A DNA stretch of 64,000 bases. Origin: Dehalococcoidia bacterium (lineage in GTDB: Bacteria > Chloroflexota > Dehalococcoidia > UBA2979). Location: assembly GCA_965262725.1 (NCBI GenBank), contig OZ253555.1, forward strand, positions 3,072,001 through 3,136,000, written 5' to 3'. Positions 59,663 to 64,000 of the stretch are shown piece by piece (positions within the stretch are counted from its first letter, which is position 1; every line of letters begins with the position of its first letter). The position numbers and the translations under genes were made by a program. The notes beneath the pieces were generated by a model. That model had not been told where the DNA came from. It did no database searches and saw nothing but the letters and a program-made list of their open reading frames with translations.

Positions 59663-62600
59663 ATGAGCACCCGAATCGGACGGCCGACGGTCGCGATCGT
59701 CCTGAGCGACGAGGAGCGTGAGACGCTGGAGCGGTGGGCGCGCCGGCCGACATCGGCCCAGGCGCTGGCGCTGCGCTGTCGCATCGTCCTGGCAGCGGCC
59801 GAGGGGACATCGAATAAAGCGATCGCCGCGGCGCTCGATTGCCATCCGGTCACCGTCGGCAAGTGGCGCCGGCGCTTTGCGCAGGGGCGGCTCGATGGGC
59901 TACAGGATGAGCCGCGCCCCGGGGCGCCGCGCACGATCGCCGATGCACAGGTGGAAGCGGTGATCGTCACGACGCTGGAGGAGCAGCCTCCCAACGCGAC
60001 GCACTGGTCGACCCGATCGATGGCAGCCGCGGTCGGGATGTCGCAGTCGGCGATCTTCAGGATCTGGCGCGCCTTCGGCCTGAAGCCGCACCTCGTGGAG
60101 AGCTTCAAGCTGTCGCCCGACCCGCAGTTCATCGACAAGGTGCGCGACGTGGCCGGGCTCTATCTCAACCCGCCCGACGCGGCGGTTGTGCTGTGCGTGG
60201 ACGAGAAGACCCAGATCCAGGCACTCGACCGCACCGCGCCGACGGTGCCGATGATGCCCGGCGTCCCCGCCCGCCAGACGCACGACTACATCCGTCACGG
60301 CACGACGAACCTCTACGCGGCGCTCGATGTCGCCTCGGGATGCGTGATCACGGAGATGACCCCCCGGCACCGGGCTCGGGAGTTCCAGCAGTTCCTCGCC
60401 CTCATCGACCAAAGCGTTCCCCGTGAGCTGGCGGTGCATGTCGTGCTCGACAACGTCTCCACGCACCGCACGCCCGCCATCCAGCGCTGGCTCCAGCGCC
60501 ATCCCCGCTTCACCTTCCATTTCACGCCGACCTACAGCTCCTGGATGAACCTCGTGGAGCGCTGGTTTGCAGAGCTCACCAGCAAGTGGCTCCGGCGCGG
60601 CACGCACCATAGCGTCCCTGATCTGATCCGCTCAGTGGAGATGTGGGTCGCCAGCTGGAACGAGAATCCGAGGCCCTTCATCTGGCACAAGTCCGCGGAC
60701 CAGATCCTTGAGTAGGGTCAGGGGCTGGCGCGGTGCGAGCCGTAGGCGGTGGCGCATATTGCCAGGCCGGTTTCCCGGTGGCGCCCATCTCCACAGCCGT
60801 AGCATCGTCCGTCTCCAGCCCCTGCCGCCTCGAACCGGACGTGAGGTTTTCCCTCATCCGGCTCACCGATGCCCTTCACCGGGCGGCATGCGGGGTGCCC
60901 CGCCACGGTCGATATGGCCGTGGTGCCACGACGCGCTGTCCAGCTAGCGAGATGAGCCCCAGACGGTCGGCGACGGGAAACGGGTGCCCGCGATGGCGTC
61001 GCCGCCAACGCAACCGCTTCCCCAGCCAGAGTTTGAGTCTCCACATGGCAAACCAGTGCAGGACGTCGAACGCCCTCGCCGAGTTGCCGTAGCGGAAGTA
61101 GCTCATCCAGCCGCGGAGGTAGCGATTGACTTCCTCCACGACCTGCCGGGGACTCAGCAGCAGACGCAACCGCGCCGTGATTTCACGGATGCGGTCCCGC
61201 GCCCGCTGCATCGCTCGCCGTGAGGGCCAGCGTGCGAGGAACTGGATATTCTTGTTGCGCTTCGCACGTACCCAGCGATGCTCGAAGCCGAGGAACTCCA
61301 GCCCCTCGCCTCCCTCCCGCAGGTGCACGATGCGCGTCTTCTCCGCCTTGAGCTCCAGTCCGAGCTCACCCAGCAGGTCACGCAGCAGGGCCAACGCCCG
61401 CTCCGCTTCCTCCCGGCTCCGGCAGAGCACCACGAGGTCATCCGCATAGCGCACCAGCACGCCATCACCCTTCGCCTCCCAGTCCCGGTCCAACCGGTGC
61501 AGGTAGACATTGGCCAGCAGCGGGGACATCACCCCGCCCTGCGGCGTACCCGTCGCGCTGTGCTGCACGACCCCCGACTCCATCACACCGGCACGCAGCA
61601 TCGCCCGTACCAGCTTCAGGAGATTGCGGTCGCATATCCGTTCCTCGACGGCCGTCATCAGACGGTCGTGTAGGGTCAGGGGCTGGCGCGGTGCGAGCCG
61701 TAGGCGGTGGCGCATCAGTTCCAAGCCGGTTTCCCGGTGGTGCCCAACTCCACGGCCATAGCAGCGTCCGTCTCCAGCCCCTGCCACATCGAACCGGACG
61801 TGAGGTTCTCCCTCATCCGGCTCACCGATGCCCTTCACCAGATGGCATGCAGCGCTCCCCACAACGTGGGTCGTGCCTTGGCCAGCCGGTACAGCATGTG
61901 CGGAGAGCCTCGAACCCTACCAAGTGGTTGCTAGCCCCGAGGGGCACTCACCAGTCCACACCCCCAGCAACATGCACGGACAAAGTAGGGGTCCTTCCCA
62001 TCACCGGCGGTTATGTTGTCCGTCCGGCTCCAGCGGTACTACGACCCCCTCCGCCACCCTTCCGGCTGGCTGTCCACTTCCCGGCTCTGACCGGTTATAG
62101 GACGCCTCGCTCCGACGCCCTCTCACAGGGTGCCGGGCCGGGGAGGGCTTCTCCGGTTCCCGTCGCTACCTTCCGTACGTTCCACGTCCCATACGCCGGG
62201 AGGTTTCTTGAGGCTGCATTCCAGGATCTTCACCTCGTCCATGGCCTTCGCCCTGACCACCCGGGCTCGGCTCCTCCTTGGTCCTGTCAATAGACAGGCG
62301 AGTCTCACGGCGCGGCAGACTTCGCGTCATGCTGCGGACCGCACGTTTGCTCCCCCTCATAGGGCTCTTGACGTCGGGCTTCGACGCAGACCGTTTCCCG
62401 TCCACGCCGCCGACCTGCTAACGGGCCTCCTGACAGTTACCCGTGCCGGACTCTCACCGGCTGGCAGCAACGAGCATGTCTCCGGACCGGTCACGTCATC
62501 ACGTCACCACCCCTTCGACTTCCGGACGCACGCGGTATCGACTCGAAACACGAGGCGATGTCCGTCTCCACTACCCACCGCCTGCCCCGCCACGCCTCGT

Positions 62601-63692
62601 CAATGAGGACCTGCAGGGCGTCATGGGCCGAACGCTTCGGGCGGAAGCCGAAGCTGCATGGCAGGAAGTCGGCCTCGAAGACCGGCTCCGTCACGAGCTT
62701 CAGCGACGCCTGCACGATGCGGTCGCGGACCGAAGGAATCGAGAGCGGGCGCTCTTCCGACCGACCGGGCTTGGGTATCCAGACCCGGCGGCTCGGCTGC
62801 ACCCGGTATCTTCCCTCCTTCAGTTCCGTGGCCAGTTCATCCAGCAGGCGCTCCACGCCGTAGCGCTCGACCTCGGCGAGCGTGACGCCGTCGATACCGG
62901 CTGCGCCGCGATTGCGACGCACCTGCTCCCACGCGCGCTCCAGAATGTCTCTGCGATAAACCTTGTCGTAGAGCGCATGAAAGCGTCTATTGGGGTCGGC
63001 CTTGGCCGCCCGGTAAAGCGTGCGTTGTAGTGTTCGGACCTTGTCTTGGATGGAGTTAGCCGCTTGGGCACTCACCGATTCATCCCTACTCCCCACGCGT
63101 GAGCAAAGCAGGGGTCCTTCCCATCACCGGCGGTTGTGTTGTCCGTCCGGCTCAAGCGGTACTACGACCCCCTCCGTCACCCTTCCGGCTAGCTGCCCAC
63201 TTCCCGGCTTTGACCGGTTATAGGGCACCTCGCTCCGACACCATCTCGCAGGGTGCCGGGCCGGGGAGGGCTTCTCCCGTTCCCGTCGCTACCTTCCAAA
63301 CGTTCCACGCCCCTTACGCCGGGAGGTTCCTTGAGGCTGCAGCGCAACGCGCATTCAGGATCTTCACCTCGTCCATGGCCTTCGCCCTGAATTGCCGGGC
63401 TCGGCTCCTCCACTATCCGTTAACGACGCGGCAGGCTTCGCTTGATGCTGCGGACCGCCTGGTTGCTCCCCTGATAGGGCTCTTGACGTCGGGCTTCGAC
63501 GTGGACCGTTTCCCGTCCGCGCCGCCGACCTGCTAACGGGCCTCCTGACAGTTACCCGTGCCGGACTCGCACCGGCTGGCAACGACGAGCATGTCTCCAG
63601 ACCGGTTACGTCATCACGTCACCCGCCCTTCGACTTCGGGACACACCAACCTCGCCGGATATCTAGAGCGCATCCCTGAATCGGGACACTAG
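59663..63692 (+). CDS. IS630 transposase, join(59663-60711, 63647-63692); as interrupted it reads to a stop at 60715
   Basis: HWSTR, CVDEK.QIQAL, YIRHGT, LDNVSTH, SSWMNLVERWF; the rejoined end reads DQILDNLAGYLERIPESGH*. Confidence 0.92.
60876..63075 (-). CDS. ltrA: Group II intron RT/maturase lacking an En domain, join(63075-62532, 61669-60876), 445 aa after inner-intron splicing
   Basis: RT motifs including RYADD, X domain LRGWMSYFR; 544+794 nt = 446 codons. Confidence 0.92.
61670..62531 (-). mobile_element. ORF-less group IIB intron, inner, copy 2
   Basis: Inverted copy of 48020-48881 at the same RT codon. Confidence 0.93.
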
Positions 63693-63836
63693 GAGCGGTC
63701 GGAACAGTTGCGGATGAGCGCCTTGCTCTCTGGTACCTAGTGCTTGCAGTCGATCCCCGCTCGGCGCGCTGCCAAACGCACCATGCGCACGCCACTCCAC
63801 CTGTTCAGACGATCCCTACGTCGCCGCCTGCCCGCC

Positions 63837-64000
63837 TCAGCCGGGGAGCTGCATCAGCTGCAGCGCGTTCCCGTCGGGATCGGCGAAGGTCGCGATGATC
63901 CCGCCCCAGGGCTCGCGCTCCGGCGGACGCGAGAAGGGTACGCCGGCGGCGAGCAGGCGGCGGTGGGCCGCCACGACGTCCCCGACGCGGAGGTTGATCA
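63837..64000 (-). CDS. VOC/glyoxalase family protein (3' part; truncated by window)
   Basis: INLRVGDV..GVPFSRPPEREPWGG..FADPDGNALQL. Confidence 0.8.
   Translation of the reverse strand, partial: INLRVGDVVAAHRRLLAAGVPFSRPPEREPWGGIIATFADPDGNALQLMQLPG

Larger units (their letters stand above)
60712..63646 (-). mobile_element. Group IIB intron, outer, copy 2
   Basis: Near-identical inverted copy of 46904-53899 without the two IS insertions; GTGTG...CCCTAC ends. Confidence 0.94.
59581..63689 (+). mobile_element. IS630-family element carrying twintron copy 2
   Basis: IRs GTGTCCTGATTC / GAATCGGGACAC; TA duplications at 59579-59580 and 63690-63691. Confidence 0.92.

Noticed and set aside
59581-63689. 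IStron-type element
   Set aside because: The intron is inside and antisense to an IS630 transposase and carries its own RT; there is no TnpA(Y1)/TnpB, and the IS ends are not intron ends.

Overview
High-GC bacterial chromosome segment. Gene content and order suggest Chloroflexota, Dehalococcoidia-like (inference only). Bases 1-46.8 kb are mostly housekeeping and metabolic genes: rsmD-coaD, greA-lysS, serS, the rpsB-tsf-frr-uppS-cdsA-dxr-rseP-ispG-proS cluster, dtd, nrtR-nadA-nadC, miaB, tRNA-Ser(GCT), sucCD, class III CoA-transferases, and ppx with two thymidylate-kinase-like genes. Single IS1380 and IS5 insertions lie in this part. Bases 46.8-63.7 kb hold the most striking structure, two inverted copies of a group II twintron. 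An RT-encoding IIB intron sits at one fixed antisense site near the 3' end of IS630 elements: a full IS630 in one copy and a 181-bp IS630 MITE in the other. Its RT gene is itself split by an 862-nt ORF-less relative whose EBS1, EBS2 and EBS3 have all changed to pair with the RT coding sequence. The left copy is further disrupted by IS21 and IS256 and is abutted by an IS1182 at a shared CTAG. All calls were made by eye from the sequence and the ORF track; no database searches were run.
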